A program made the translations under genes and the position numbers. From Solirubrobacteraceae bacterium (GTDB lineage Bacteria; Actinomycetota; Thermoleophilia; Solirubrobacterales; Solirubrobacteraceae): 64,000 bases of DNA. This document shows positions 46,672 through 55,615 of the stretch, one piece after another (position 1 is the first letter of the stretch; each line of letters opens with the position of its first letter). The stretch lies in contig JBEKNK010000001.1 of the NCBI GenBank assembly GCA_049522915.1, positions 4,052 to 68,051 of the forward strand, given 5' to 3'. The notes below the pieces were generated by a model, which was not told the origin of the DNA, did no database searches, and saw nothing but the letters and a program-made list of their open reading frames with translations.

Positions 46672-47735
46672 GGTGCCAGCCGCTCGGAGGCCAGTGGCGC
46701 GCGCTGGGGTGAGCGATCCTCATCCGGGGGTGAGCCCGGCGCGAGCGGCTTCGTTGCGGCGCCCTCGCCGGCGGCGCCCTCGCGCCGCGCGGTGAAGCAG
46801 CGGCTGCGAGCGTAGGCGGCCGTCGTGATCCCCAGTCCCGCCGTGATCGCCGACGCACGCGCCACGCCATCGCCGCGTCCGCTCGCGGCGAGTCGCAGCT
46901 CACGGCGCAACGCGCGAGGCAGCACGGAGCGCACGTATGCGCGTTCTGAGCGCAGGCCCTCGTCGCCACCGGCGATGCCCGAGAGAACCGCCTTCGCGGT
47001 GCCCTCGACGACGCAGCGGCGCACGAAGTAACGCCAGGTTCCGCGCTCGGGCGGCACGGCGTGCGCGACGCGCGCCCGGGGCTCGTAGATCCAGTAATGC
47101 CCGGGGTGAGCGCGCGCGGCGCGGATGCACAGCTCGGTCTCCTCGGCGCTTCCCGACAGCGTCCTCGATCCGCCAGCGCGACCGAGCCGCGCGTCGAAGG
47201 CGCCCGCGCGCGCGAGAACCGCGGCCCGCATCGACATGTTCGCGCCGATCACGTTGCGGACACGGGCGGTGCTCGTCGGCATGCCGGCGTAGGTGCAGCC
47301 GACCACCCAGTTGAACTCCGGCGGGAACCACCGCGGCGCGCCCCGCTCCCAGGCCGGCTCGATCGAGCCGCCCACGCCGAGCACCTTCGGGTCGCTGTAG
47401 GCCTCCACCAGCCGCGCCAGCCAGTGCTCCTGCGCGATCGCGTCGTCGTCGAGGAACGCGAGAATCGAGCCCCGCGCCTCCTCGGCGCCGGTCTGGCGGG
47501 CACCCGACAGGCCACGATCGTGGCTGTTACGGACGATCTGCGCACCGCTCAGCCGGGCTCGCACGTGCTCCTCGAGCGCCTCGTCCCCATCGATCACGAC
47601 GATCGCCTCAAGCGGCGGCGGCGTTTGCGCGAGGACCGACGCCACCGCAGCGCGGAGGTTCGCGAGGCGCTCGAGCGTGTGGGTGCAGACGATCACCGAG
47701 ATCGTCTCCGGCTGGAGGCTCGTCGCGGACATCAT
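46668..47735 (-). CDS. glycosyltransferase family 2 (GT-A)
   Basis: ISVIVCTHT...VIDG...LSGARQTG...AFLDDDA (DxD). ATG-ATG start at 47735. Confidence 0.85.
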   Translation of the reverse strand: MMSATSLQPETISVIVCTHTLERLANLRAAVASVLAQTPPPLEAIVVIDGDEALEEHVRARLSGAQIVRNSHDRGLSGARQTGAEEARGSILAFLDDDAIAQEHWLARLVEAYSDPKVLGVGGSIEPAWERGAPRWFPPEFNWVVGCTYAGMPTSTARVRNVIGANMSMRAAVLARAGAFDARLGRAGGSRTLSGSAEETELCIRAARAHPGHYWIYEPRARVAHAVPPERGTWRYFVRRCVVEGTAKAVLSGIAGGDEGLRSERAYVRSVLPRALRRELRLAASGRGDGVARASAITAGLGITTAAYARSRCFTARREGAAGEGAATKPLAPGSPPDEDRSPQRAPLASERLAP

Positions 47736-47785
47736 CGACACAGTAGCCGTTGCACTTGGCGGCGCCCGACGTCCGCCGGCGAGCC

Positions 47786-49636
47786 TCAGCCGGGGCCCGA
47801 TCGCCGGCCTTCCCTGCCCAGGGTGCGTGCGAGCGCGGCGTCCAGGGCCTCGTGGATGTACACCTGCGACCAGGCTGAGCGGAACACGTGCTCCGCCGTC
47901 GGGATCCGCTCGAGGTGCAGGTTCGGCCACTCATCGAGCCGTTCCAGCAGGCCGTATGCGACGAAGTCGTCGTAGAGCGGCTCGCCGAGCGAGAGCAGCA
48001 GGAGGGACTCAACGTCACCCTCACGCAGCCGATCCAGGGCTTCGACGATGTCCGCGTCTGAGGTCGTGGTCGGGCTGCCGCCGCGTCCGAAGCGCATGCG
48101 CCGCGCGGTCACGCGCACCATCCTGGCGAGCCGCCAGCGATCGGCGGCAACGATCCGCGCGATCGTGCCCAGATCGCGCTCGCGCAGCAGCGCCCGTGTG
48201 CGCCGGGCGTCTCGCATCGCGCCGAAATCGTCGCTCCAGTAGAAGGCCAGAAGGTTCACGAGCAACAGGCCGCGCACGCGCTCGTCAGCCAGCGCCGCGT
48301 GCAGGCCCCAATAACCGCCCGAGCACAGGCCGCCGACGATGAACCGGCCGGGAAGGCCGCGGCGCTCGAGCTCATCGCAGGCGGCGATCACCTGCTTTGC
48401 GAGCTCGTGGCGCTGGAAGGACGTGCGCGCGGCGTAGAGGTCCTCTGCGCCGTCGGAGTCGCCGACCCCGAGCACGTCGAGCCGCAGTGTCGAGACCCCG
48501 CGCGCGGCCCAGCGGCGGGCCACCTCCACCCACATTCGGTGGTGGCCGATGCGCCGCACGGCGCCGGGGTTCAGCAGGATCGCGCAGAGCGCGACCTCGA
48601 CGGAGGAAGCGACCGGTTCGGTCAGCACGCCGCTGAGCAGCTCGCCGGCGAACTCGAACTCAAACGGCGTCTCGCGGATCGCGACCTCGGCGACCGTCAG
48701 CTCGAGCTCGGCCGCGCGCGCGGGCGCCGCCGCAAACGGCGGAAACGCGTCCGCCCCGGCGACTGCGTCGGCGAGCCAGCGAGTCGTGTACGCGAATGTC
48801 TCCCACGGCGTCTTCGAGAACTGGGGGTCGACCATCATCGCGCCGTAGCCGGCGCCGTCGGCGACCGTGACCTCGGCTCCGCTGCGTTCGTAGTGCTCGC
48901 GCAGCCGCTGGTCGACCTCGCTGGAGTCGCGCCGCAGGAAGAGAATTCGCCGCCGGTCGGCGTTGGGGACCGGCAGCTCGGTCAGCTTCAACGCCTCGAT
49001 CGCCGCCACGGTCTCGGCCGTCATCAGGAAGCCCGACGCGTTCACGGCGCCCTCGCCCAGCACCTCGCTGTCCGCGGGCGCCGGTGGTGTCTCCTTCACA
49101 GCACCGATGTGCACCGCCTCGGCGTCGAGAATCCGCGCGAAGGCCTGGAGCTCGCGCATGAAGACGTGGCCGCGCGAGTACACGCCCCAGAGCACGAGAT
49201 CGTCAATCGGCGCTCCAAGCGCAAGCGCGCGGGCTGCGACGATGCCGCCGAGCCCGATCCCGATCGCGACGATCCGCTCGCATCCCTGGTTCGCCCTCAG
49301 GGACGCTGCGACGCCTTCGAGCGCCGCGGTCCAGGCTTCGAGGCGCTCGGGATCCCGCGGCGACCCGGCGCTGTCGCCACAACCGGGCAGGTCAAACCGC
49401 AGCGTCGGATGGCCGGCCTCCGCGAGCGCGCCTGCCCAGGAGCGGAGACTGCGGTGTGAGCTCAGTTCGTCCCAGCCGAACGGGGAGCACAGAATCACGC
49501 CGGTGGCAGATCGCTCGCGCTCGCGCGGGATGTGCGCCATGACGAAGACCGGATCCGGCTCGGTTGCGAGGTAGAACGGGCGCCCGCGCGCGGCGAGCGG
49601 CCGATCGGCGAGCAGATCTGGAACGAGTTCGGTCAT
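47786..49636 (-). CDS. fused tandem alpha/beta-hydrolase-fold protein (hydrolase-2-like + hydrolase-1-like halves)
   Basis: 616 aa with two alpha/beta-fold halves. The nucleophile elbows read GIGLGG (Gly) and GLCSGG (Cys). Each half has an LRFD/LRLD...GxGDSxG segment. Confidence 0.65.
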   Translation of the reverse strand: MTELVPDLLADRPLAARGRPFYLATEPDPVFVMAHIPRERERSATGVILCSPFGWDELSSHRSLRSWAGALAEAGHPTLRFDLPGCGDSAGSPRDPERLEAWTAALEGVAASLRANQGCERIVAIGIGLGGIVAARALALGAPIDDLVLWGVYSRGHVFMRELQAFARILDAEAVHIGAVKETPPAPADSEVLGEGAVNASGFLMTAETVAAIEALKLTELPVPNADRRRILFLRRDSSEVDQRLREHYERSGAEVTVADGAGYGAMMVDPQFSKTPWETFAYTTRWLADAVAGADAFPPFAAAPARAAELELTVAEVAIRETPFEFEFAGELLSGVLTEPVASSVEVALCAILLNPGAVRRIGHHRMWVEVARRWAARGVSTLRLDVLGVGDSDGAEDLYAARTSFQRHELAKQVIAACDELERRGLPGRFIVGGLCSGGYWGLHAALADERVRGLLLVNLLAFYWSDDFGAMRDARRTRALLRERDLGTIARIVAADRWRLARMVRVTARRMRFGRGGSPTTTSDADIVEALDRLREGDVESLLLLSLGEPLYDDFVAYGLLERLDEWPNLHLERIPTAEHVFRSAWSQVYIHEALDAALARTLGREGRRSGPG

Positions 49637-52215
49637 CTGGCCTCTGTTCTCATGATCGGCAGGCGACCGGCGAGGTTGAGCGCTGTGAGCGCGCCGTCGC
49701 CCGGCCCAACCTCGCCCGCGAGAGCCCGCAGCGCGATTCGCCGCTCGCCGCCGGGCTCAATCGAGAACGCGTCATCGTCCGCCTGAAAGCCGGGAAGGTG
49801 CACACCCACACCGTAGACGAAGCACTTCGCGCGTATTTTCAGCTCAGCCGCACCGTCGCCCGTGGCGCTCAGAGTAGCCTGCAGTCCCAGCCGCGCCGCG
49901 GATTCGCGTTGCAGCGCACGCCCCGCGGGCAGCCGGAAGCATTGTGAGAGCAGCTCCACCCCGTCCTGGGTGTCGCGTTCGAGGCTGCAGGCAACGACAT
50001 CCGCCGCCACCGGGCCGAAGCGGTAGGCCCACGACACGTCCATGAAACGGCCGATCAGCTCCTCGACATCGTGCACGCAGCCCGAGTGCGGTGCGAGCTC
50101 CAGCTCTCGCGTCGCCTCCTCGACCCTGACCTCCGCATCGCGGTAGAGCGCGACGCGCAGCCGCGCGCGCACGGGCGTCGAGCCGTCGTTGGCGACGTGG
50201 ACCGCGATCCCGCCCAACCCCTCGTCGGTGCTCCACACGGCGAGCGGCGCCAGCACGCGGCGCAGATGGTGGTAGGCGACCTTCGGTTCGCCGCGATGGT
50301 CGAGCACGCCCCAGCCGGCGCCCGGGCAGAGGTCGCGCAGCCACAGCACGAGGCCCCCGCCACAGCCCGACTGCTCACGCCGCCACTCACCGAAGACCTC
50401 CGACATCACCTCACCGCTGAGCGCCCGCGACAGCTCGAGGTAGCGCTCGAGGTCGCTGCGGCGCAGCTCGGATGGGTCGACCGCGAACAACTCGGCGAGA
50501 TAGTGGTCGCGCACGTCGTCGAAGTCCCAGCCGACCCCGGTGTCGCGCGGGACGCCGGCCTTCCAGCGTGGGTCGTGAACGGCGACGGGCGCCGTGGATC
50601 CCTCGGCCAGCTCGTCGAGCACGGCCTCGCCGGGCACGTTCGCGAAGGCGAGGCACTCCGCGGCGAAGCGCACCTGCGAACGGCGCACGTCGTCGAGCGC
50701 GCGCCGGTAGCCCCCGACGCCGTAGTAGTTCGCGACGCCACGATCAGGGCGAAACGGCAGCGATCCGCCCCACGGCGCGGACGGGACCCATACGGCATCG
50801 ACCTCGGCTTCGCGGATCAGACTCGGCAGGAGCTCGCCGTAGAGCGGCCCGTCGGCGAGCGCCGGGTCGAGACCGAGCATTGCGACCTGCTGCGCGACCT
50901 CGCTCGAGCCGCAGAGGACGGCGAGGCTGGGACGGCCGCCGACGTCGTCGAGCAGCTGGCGCGCCTCGCTCGCAACGGCCACCATGAACGCCGGGTCCGA
51001 TTCGGGGTAGTCGAGGTTCGCGAACATGAAGTCCTGCCAGACGAGAATGCCCAGTTCGTCGCAGAGATCGTGGAAGGCGACCGACTCATACGCCGCGGTA
51101 CCGGGGATGCGCAACATGTTCATCCCGCCCGCGCGGACCGTTTCAAGCAGCGCTCGCAGGTCGGCGCGCGAGGTTGCTCCGCCGCTGGCCTCCAGGGGTG
51201 TCCACACCGCGCCGCGCACGAACACGGCGACGCCGTTGATCGTCAGCTGAAGTCCGTCGCGCTCGAGCGCTTCGCCGCCGCCCAGCTCGCGGAAGCCAAC
51301 CCGGCCGCAGTCGATCGTGAGGCTCCCCGGCTCGCCCTGCACCTGCAGCGTGACGTCGTAGAGGTTCGGGTCGCCGTGGGTGTGCGGCCACCAGCGCGCC
51401 ACATCCGCGACGGCCAGCTCGCCCTCTGCCTCGAGCTCGTCCGCGCCGACCCGCAGCGCCAGCTCGGCGGCGTGGCTTCCGCCCGGGCCGTCGATCGCAA
51501 CGACGATCCGCTCGGGCACGGGCCCGTCGAGCATGCGCAGGCGCGCGGTAACCGCGAGAACGCCGTCCTTCCCTTCGACGCGGGGTCGCAGCCGCAGGCC
51601 GCTGAGCTCGAGCGCCCGGCGGCGCTCGAGCGCCACCGGGCGCCAGGGCCCGACGACCGCGGGGCCGGGCGCGAAGCCCGGGGCTCGTCCGAGCAGCATG
51701 GTGCGAAAGAAACGCAGACCGCCCTCGCCGACGAGTCGCGTGCGCCAGCGCGCGCGCGGACGACGCGCGAGCGCGAGCAGCGGCGTGAGCGCGCGGCAGC
51801 AGATCGCAAGTTCGTTCTCCGCCGCCAGGAGCGCCGTGACGTCGACCGCCGAGCGGGCGAACATCGACTCGCCGGCGAGGATCCGCTCACCGTTGAGATA
51901 GACCTCGGAGACGGTCGCGAGACCGTCGAAGGCGAGCACGAGCTGCTCCCCCGGCCCGGCTGGATCGGCGATCAGGCGGCGGCGGAACCACCAGTCGCGG
52001 GCGTCCAGCGGCGTGGCGGCGATCTCCCGCCGCGGCACGCCGGCGTGAGTAAGCACGTCGGCGGCGGCGCCGGGAACGCGCGCCGGGCGCCAGAGGAGCG
52101 CATCGAGCCCGACCGGTTCGGCGTATGCGCCGGGCTCGGAGTCGGCAGCCTCCCAGCCGTCGCGCAGATCCTCACGCTCGTGCCCCTCGACGGCGCCGCG
52201 AGAGGTGCACGCCAC
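49633..52215 (-). CDS. glycoside hydrolase family 2 protein (beta-mannosidase-like), no signal peptide
   Basis: GMNMLRIPGTAAYE...FHDLCDELGILVWQDFMFANLDYP is a signature-like stretch. Candidate catalytic Glu in CGSSEV and FAAECL. GTG 52215 chosen; the ATG of the next gene overlaps its stop (ATGA). Confidence 0.7.
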   Translation of the reverse strand: MACTSRGAVEGHEREDLRDGWEAADSEPGAYAEPVGLDALLWRPARVPGAAADVLTHAGVPRREIAATPLDARDWWFRRRLIADPAGPGEQLVLAFDGLATVSEVYLNGERILAGESMFARSAVDVTALLAAENELAICCRALTPLLALARRPRARWRTRLVGEGGLRFFRTMLLGRAPGFAPGPAVVGPWRPVALERRRALELSGLRLRPRVEGKDGVLAVTARLRMLDGPVPERIVVAIDGPGGSHAAELALRVGADELEAEGELAVADVARWWPHTHGDPNLYDVTLQVQGEPGSLTIDCGRVGFRELGGGEALERDGLQLTINGVAVFVRGAVWTPLEASGGATSRADLRALLETVRAGGMNMLRIPGTAAYESVAFHDLCDELGILVWQDFMFANLDYPESDPAFMVAVASEARQLLDDVGGRPSLAVLCGSSEVAQQVAMLGLDPALADGPLYGELLPSLIREAEVDAVWVPSAPWGGSLPFRPDRGVANYYGVGGYRRALDDVRRSQVRFAAECLAFANVPGEAVLDELAEGSTAPVAVHDPRWKAGVPRDTGVGWDFDDVRDHYLAELFAVDPSELRRSDLERYLELSRALSGEVMSEVFGEWRREQSGCGGGLVLWLRDLCPGAGWGVLDHRGEPKVAYHHLRRVLAPLAVWSTDEGLGGIAVHVANDGSTPVRARLRVALYRDAEVRVEEATRELELAPHSGCVHDVEELIGRFMDVSWAYRFGPVAADVVACSLERDTQDGVELLSQCFRLPAGRALQRESAARLGLQATLSATGDGAAELKIRAKCFVYGVGVHLPGFQADDDAFSIEPGGERRIALRALAGEVGPGDGALTALNLAGRLPIMRTEAR

Positions 52216-52241
52216 GCGTAGGAGCTGGGCGCGGTCCGCGT

Positions 52242-53219
52242 CTATCCGACGACCTCCTCGAGCCCCGCGATCGCCTGCTTCCACGCGTCGCCGAGCGGCG
52301 CGACGATCGGCTCGGGGTCGAACGCGCGCCGGCGCGCCAGGCGGAAGCCGAGCACCTTGCAGCCCTCGACGATCGCGCGCATCGGCGCGGTACACGCCCG
52401 CGCGTCGGCGCCGAGCAGCCACTCCGCCTGCGTCGCGGCGAGCTCGAACGCGGCGCCCACCATGCGGACGGTCGCAAAGGCGTAGGCGTGGTAGGCCTCC
52501 GGCCCGGCCTCCAGCAGCATCGGGAGGTCGCGATCGAGCGCCTGCGCGAAGCGCTCGAAGGGATCGCTCGCCGGCCGATGGGCGAGGTGCCGCCGCAACG
52601 AGGCGAGAGCGCCGGCGCGCAGCTCCCGGCCGGCGAGCCGCGGTCCGGCGTCAAAGCGCACCAGCTCGGTGTAGGGCGGCAGGATCTCCGGCGAGGGTTC
52701 GCCGTCCAGGCGGAAGATGCCGGTGTAGTCCTCACCTTCGAGCTCGTAGAGGCCGGCGCCGTGGAAGTAGCGCAGCCACCCGCGCTCCAGGTCGATCGCC
52801 TCGGCGACGACCGAGCTCTTGACGTGCTCGGTGTGGTAGCTGGTCGCCGCCGTGTCCGGAAGGTGCCAGGAGTCGAGCTCGACGATCAGCGTGCGGCCGC
52901 TGTCAATCTGCTCCGCGATCTGCAGCGGCAGCGGGCGGTAGGGCTGCATCTCGTGGACGTCGATGCCGAACAGCGACTCGAGATCCTCCGGCGGCGGCTT
53001 GAAGAAGGTCCACTGATCGCCCTCGAAGTCCGTCCGCACCAGGCAGCCGAGCACCGCCAGCGGCTCATCGCCGCGACCGTGCAGAAGTTCGATGATGATG
53101 TCGGTGTAGCAGTTGGTCTCCATGTAGGTTCGTCCGCTGCCGTGCACAGCGTGCGAGCGGTAGCCGTCCGCGTCGAGGCCGAACAGGCTGCGGTAGGTGC
53201 CGGTACGCGTAGCGCTCAC
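52242..53219 (-). CDS. DUF1839-like protein (possible BtrH-like Cys-dependent acyl/aminoacyl transferase)
   Basis: 325 aa. N-terminal YMETNCYTDIIIELLHGRG. GTG start overlaps the ligase stop (GTGA 53216-53219). Family name is from memory only. Confidence 0.5.
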   Translation of the reverse strand: MSATRTGTYRSLFGLDADGYRSHAVHGSGRTYMETNCYTDIIIELLHGRGDEPLAVLGCLVRTDFEGDQWTFFKPPPEDLESLFGIDVHEMQPYRPLPLQIAEQIDSGRTLIVELDSWHLPDTAATSYHTEHVKSSVVAEAIDLERGWLRYFHGAGLYELEGEDYTGIFRLDGEPSPEILPPYTELVRFDAGPRLAGRELRAGALASLRRHLAHRPASDPFERFAQALDRDLPMLLEAGPEAYHAYAFATVRMVGAAFELAATQAEWLLGADARACTAPMRAIVEGCKVLGFRLARRRAFDPEPIVAPLGDAWKQAIAGLEEVVG

Positions 53220-54145
53220 ACCCACAGCTCCCGCCGGACATCCGCCGGCCAGGACGCCGGATCGACGCCGTGGGCGTGCAGGAGCGCCAGCACGATCCGC
53301 TCCTGGCCGAAGCCGAGGCACGCCGTGTGGGCGCCACCGCCGTCAGCGAGCTTCAGGTCGTAGATGCCCGCAAAGTGATCCTGGTGGTAGTTGAACGACG
53401 CCACTGCGGTTGGCTCGTCGCCGGCGATCGCCACCAGCAGCTCGAGCTTCAGCTCCTGGGCTCGCTGGTTGGCGGCCAGCATCCGGCCGCCGCGCCCGAA
53501 GAACGGATCGGTGGCACGATCGGGGCGGGCGTCCAGGCCGAGCGAGCGCAGCAGGCCGAGCCCGCGCTCGCACCAACCGTCGCGCCAGGCGCGGACCTCG
53601 TCCGGCGCGCCGAGCCGCACGATCTCGCGCTGATGGAACATCTGCAGGCGAGCCGGATCCTCCGACGGTTCGTGGCGGAACACCCACGCACCGCCTGCAT
53701 CCACGACGACGCCGCCGCTGGGCAGCGGGCCACGCGCGGCGACGGCCGGGTAGACCGGGTAGCAGGCCGCCGGCACCAGCGCGAGCTCGGTCATGGACTG
53801 GAACTGGCTCCAATCCTCGTGCCGGTCCGCACGCTCGCCCTGGACCAGCGCCTCCTCCTCCCCGCCCTCGAAGGCGAAGACCGATCCCGCCAGGTGCGGG
53901 AATGAGTGCAGGTAGCCGATCGTCTCGATCTGGCGTCGCGGGAGCAGCGGGGGGAAGCGCATCGACTCGGGGGCGTCAACCGCAGCGGCCCTCGTGATCA
54001 GCGCGTCGACGCGTGCGCGGACGTCCTCGAACACGGCGCCCTTGCCGTAGAGCCCGGGGACGCCACTGGAGATGAACAGCCCGTGCGCGATCAGCTCGTC
54101 GCGGAACGCCGCCTGATCCGCGGTGGCCTGACGAACCCTCGCCAT
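53216..54145 (-). CDS. amino acid--[carrier protein] ligase (class II aaRS catalytic-core homologue, SerRS-like, no tRNA-binding domain)
   Basis: 309 aa only. Class II motifs: RFPPLLPRRQIETIGYLHSFPHL, VFRHEPS...LQMFHQREIV, HTACLGFGQERIVLALL. Candidate Zn ligands are Cys (PAACYP), Glu (HQREIV) and Cys (HTACLG). Confidence 0.75.
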   Translation of the reverse strand: MARVRQATADQAAFRDELIAHGLFISSGVPGLYGKGAVFEDVRARVDALITRAAAVDAPESMRFPPLLPRRQIETIGYLHSFPHLAGSVFAFEGGEEEALVQGERADRHEDWSQFQSMTELALVPAACYPVYPAVAARGPLPSGGVVVDAGGAWVFRHEPSEDPARLQMFHQREIVRLGAPDEVRAWRDGWCERGLGLLRSLGLDARPDRATDPFFGRGGRMLAANQRAQELKLELLVAIAGDEPTAVASFNYHQDHFAGIYDLKLADGGGAHTACLGFGQERIVLALLHAHGVDPASWPADVRRELWV

Positions 54146-55344
54146 CAGGGCTCCTTGGCGATCAGCAGCAGCGCCGCGTCGGTGGCGTGCAGGCGCTCGT
54201 TCGCGACCATCAGGCGAGCGGACAGCGAGTCACGCAGGTGACGGCCGATGCTGTAGGGCGTGTCGTTTCGGTAGCCGACGATGCCAACCACCTCGAGCGC
54301 GCCGGCGCAGACGCTCGGCGCGTGCTCGGAGGCTGCGAGTTTCAGGTTGTTGAAGCGCAGCACGCTCGCCATCGTCATCAGGCGAGCGCGATCATCGAGA
54401 TCATCGGCCTGGAAGTCGTGCAGCGCCGCAGACACCTCGCCGCGCAGCAATGTGAGCTCCGCCATCACGTGCGAGAGCCTTGCCGCGGCAGGCAGCGGCT
54501 CGCCCGGCGCGCGGCGGGCGCTGGCTCGCAGGAAAGCGCGCGCACGCTCGAACGCGTCGCTCGCGATGCCGAGCCAGACATGCGACCAGAGGATGTGCGA
54601 GAGCGGCACCATCGACTGGTTCATGACCACGGCGAAGGGCGCCGTCATCACCTGCTCCGGGGCGAAGCGGGCGCGCACGACAAACCCGGGTGAGCATGTC
54701 CCTCGCATGCCCAGCGTGTCCCACGCGCCGGCGGGCTCGAGCTCGGCCTGGCCGAACTTGGTCAGCACGAGCACCTGGTCGCCGGGCTCGGCCTCGGGCG
54801 TGCGGCGCAGCGTCGTCAACAGGTCGTCGGCGTGAGCGCCGTAGCTGACGGTCGGAGCCTGCTTCTCGAAGCTCATCTCGCCGTCCGCTTCCGGCGTGAC
54901 CGCGGCGATCGAGCGGCTCATGTCGCCGCCGGTGCCGATCTCCGACGTCGCCGAGGCGATCAGCCGCTGATCGCGATGGAGGTCCTGCAGATAGCCCTCG
55001 AACCACGGCGCGCCGTCGAGGTGGCGCGCGATCGTCAGCACCTGGATCTGGTGCATCGCAAAGACCATCGCAGTTGCGCTGCAGCGGCGCCCGAGCTCGA
55101 AGCAGCAGCGTGCGATCGTCTCAAGCGACGCGCCGTCGCCGCCGAGCGACTCCGGCACCGCGGCGGACAGGGCGCCGGCGGCCCGCAGCGCGTCGATCGC
55201 CTCGGTGGGAAAGCGCGCCTCGCGGTCGACGCTGTCAGCCGCCGCGGCCGCGACATCCTCGGCGATCCGCCGGACGGCCTCAAGCAGCGCCCGCTCGGAG
55301 TCCACGGGGACGCTCATCGAGCGGCGCCGCAGCTCACGCGCCAC
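54145..55344 (-). CDS. acyl-CoA dehydrogenase family protein (probably acting on a carrier-protein-bound substrate)
   Basis: 399 aa with ACAD three-domain pattern (FPTEAIDAL, TSEIGTGGD, WDTLGMRGTCS, GYRNDTPYSIGRHLRD). The start may be GTG 55344 or ATG 55317. Confidence 0.8.
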   Translation of the reverse strand: MARELRRRSMSVPVDSERALLEAVRRIAEDVAAAAADSVDREARFPTEAIDALRAAGALSAAVPESLGGDGASLETIARCCFELGRRCSATAMVFAMHQIQVLTIARHLDGAPWFEGYLQDLHRDQRLIASATSEIGTGGDMSRSIAAVTPEADGEMSFEKQAPTVSYGAHADDLLTTLRRTPEAEPGDQVLVLTKFGQAELEPAGAWDTLGMRGTCSPGFVVRARFAPEQVMTAPFAVVMNQSMVPLSHILWSHVWLGIASDAFERARAFLRASARRAPGEPLPAAARLSHVMAELTLLRGEVSAALHDFQADDLDDRARLMTMASVLRFNNLKLAASEHAPSVCAGALEVVGIVGYRNDTPYSIGRHLRDSLSARLMVANERLHATDAALLLIAKEP

Positions 55345-55615
55345 CGCCCGCCGCCGACGGCTCGCCGTCGGCTGACAGCTCGGCGACCGCCGCAGCGATT
55401 GCCGACACGCTGTCGAACACGCCCCGGGTCAGCATCCGGTCGGGAAACTCGATGTCGAAGGCGTCCTCCAGCGCGAGCATCAGGTTCACGCTCGCGTGCG
55501 ACGTCATGCCCGCGGCGAACAGATCCGTGTCATCGGCGAGCGTGTCCACATCGACGGGCAGGCGGGCGTGCTCGCGCAGCACGCGGCGGATCACGATGCG
55601 AGTGTCGTCGGTCAA
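55334..55615 (-). CDS. dedicated acyl/aminoacyl carrier protein
   Basis: 93 aa. LFAAGMTSHASVNLMLALEDAFDIEF, with Ser in the phosphopantetheine (DSL) position. TTG start overlaps the PPTase stop (TTGA). Confidence 0.7.
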   Translation of the reverse strand: MTDDTRIVIRRVLREHARLPVDVDTLADDTDLFAAGMTSHASVNLMLALEDAFDIEFPDRMLTRGVFDSVSAIAAAVAELSADGEPSAAGGGA

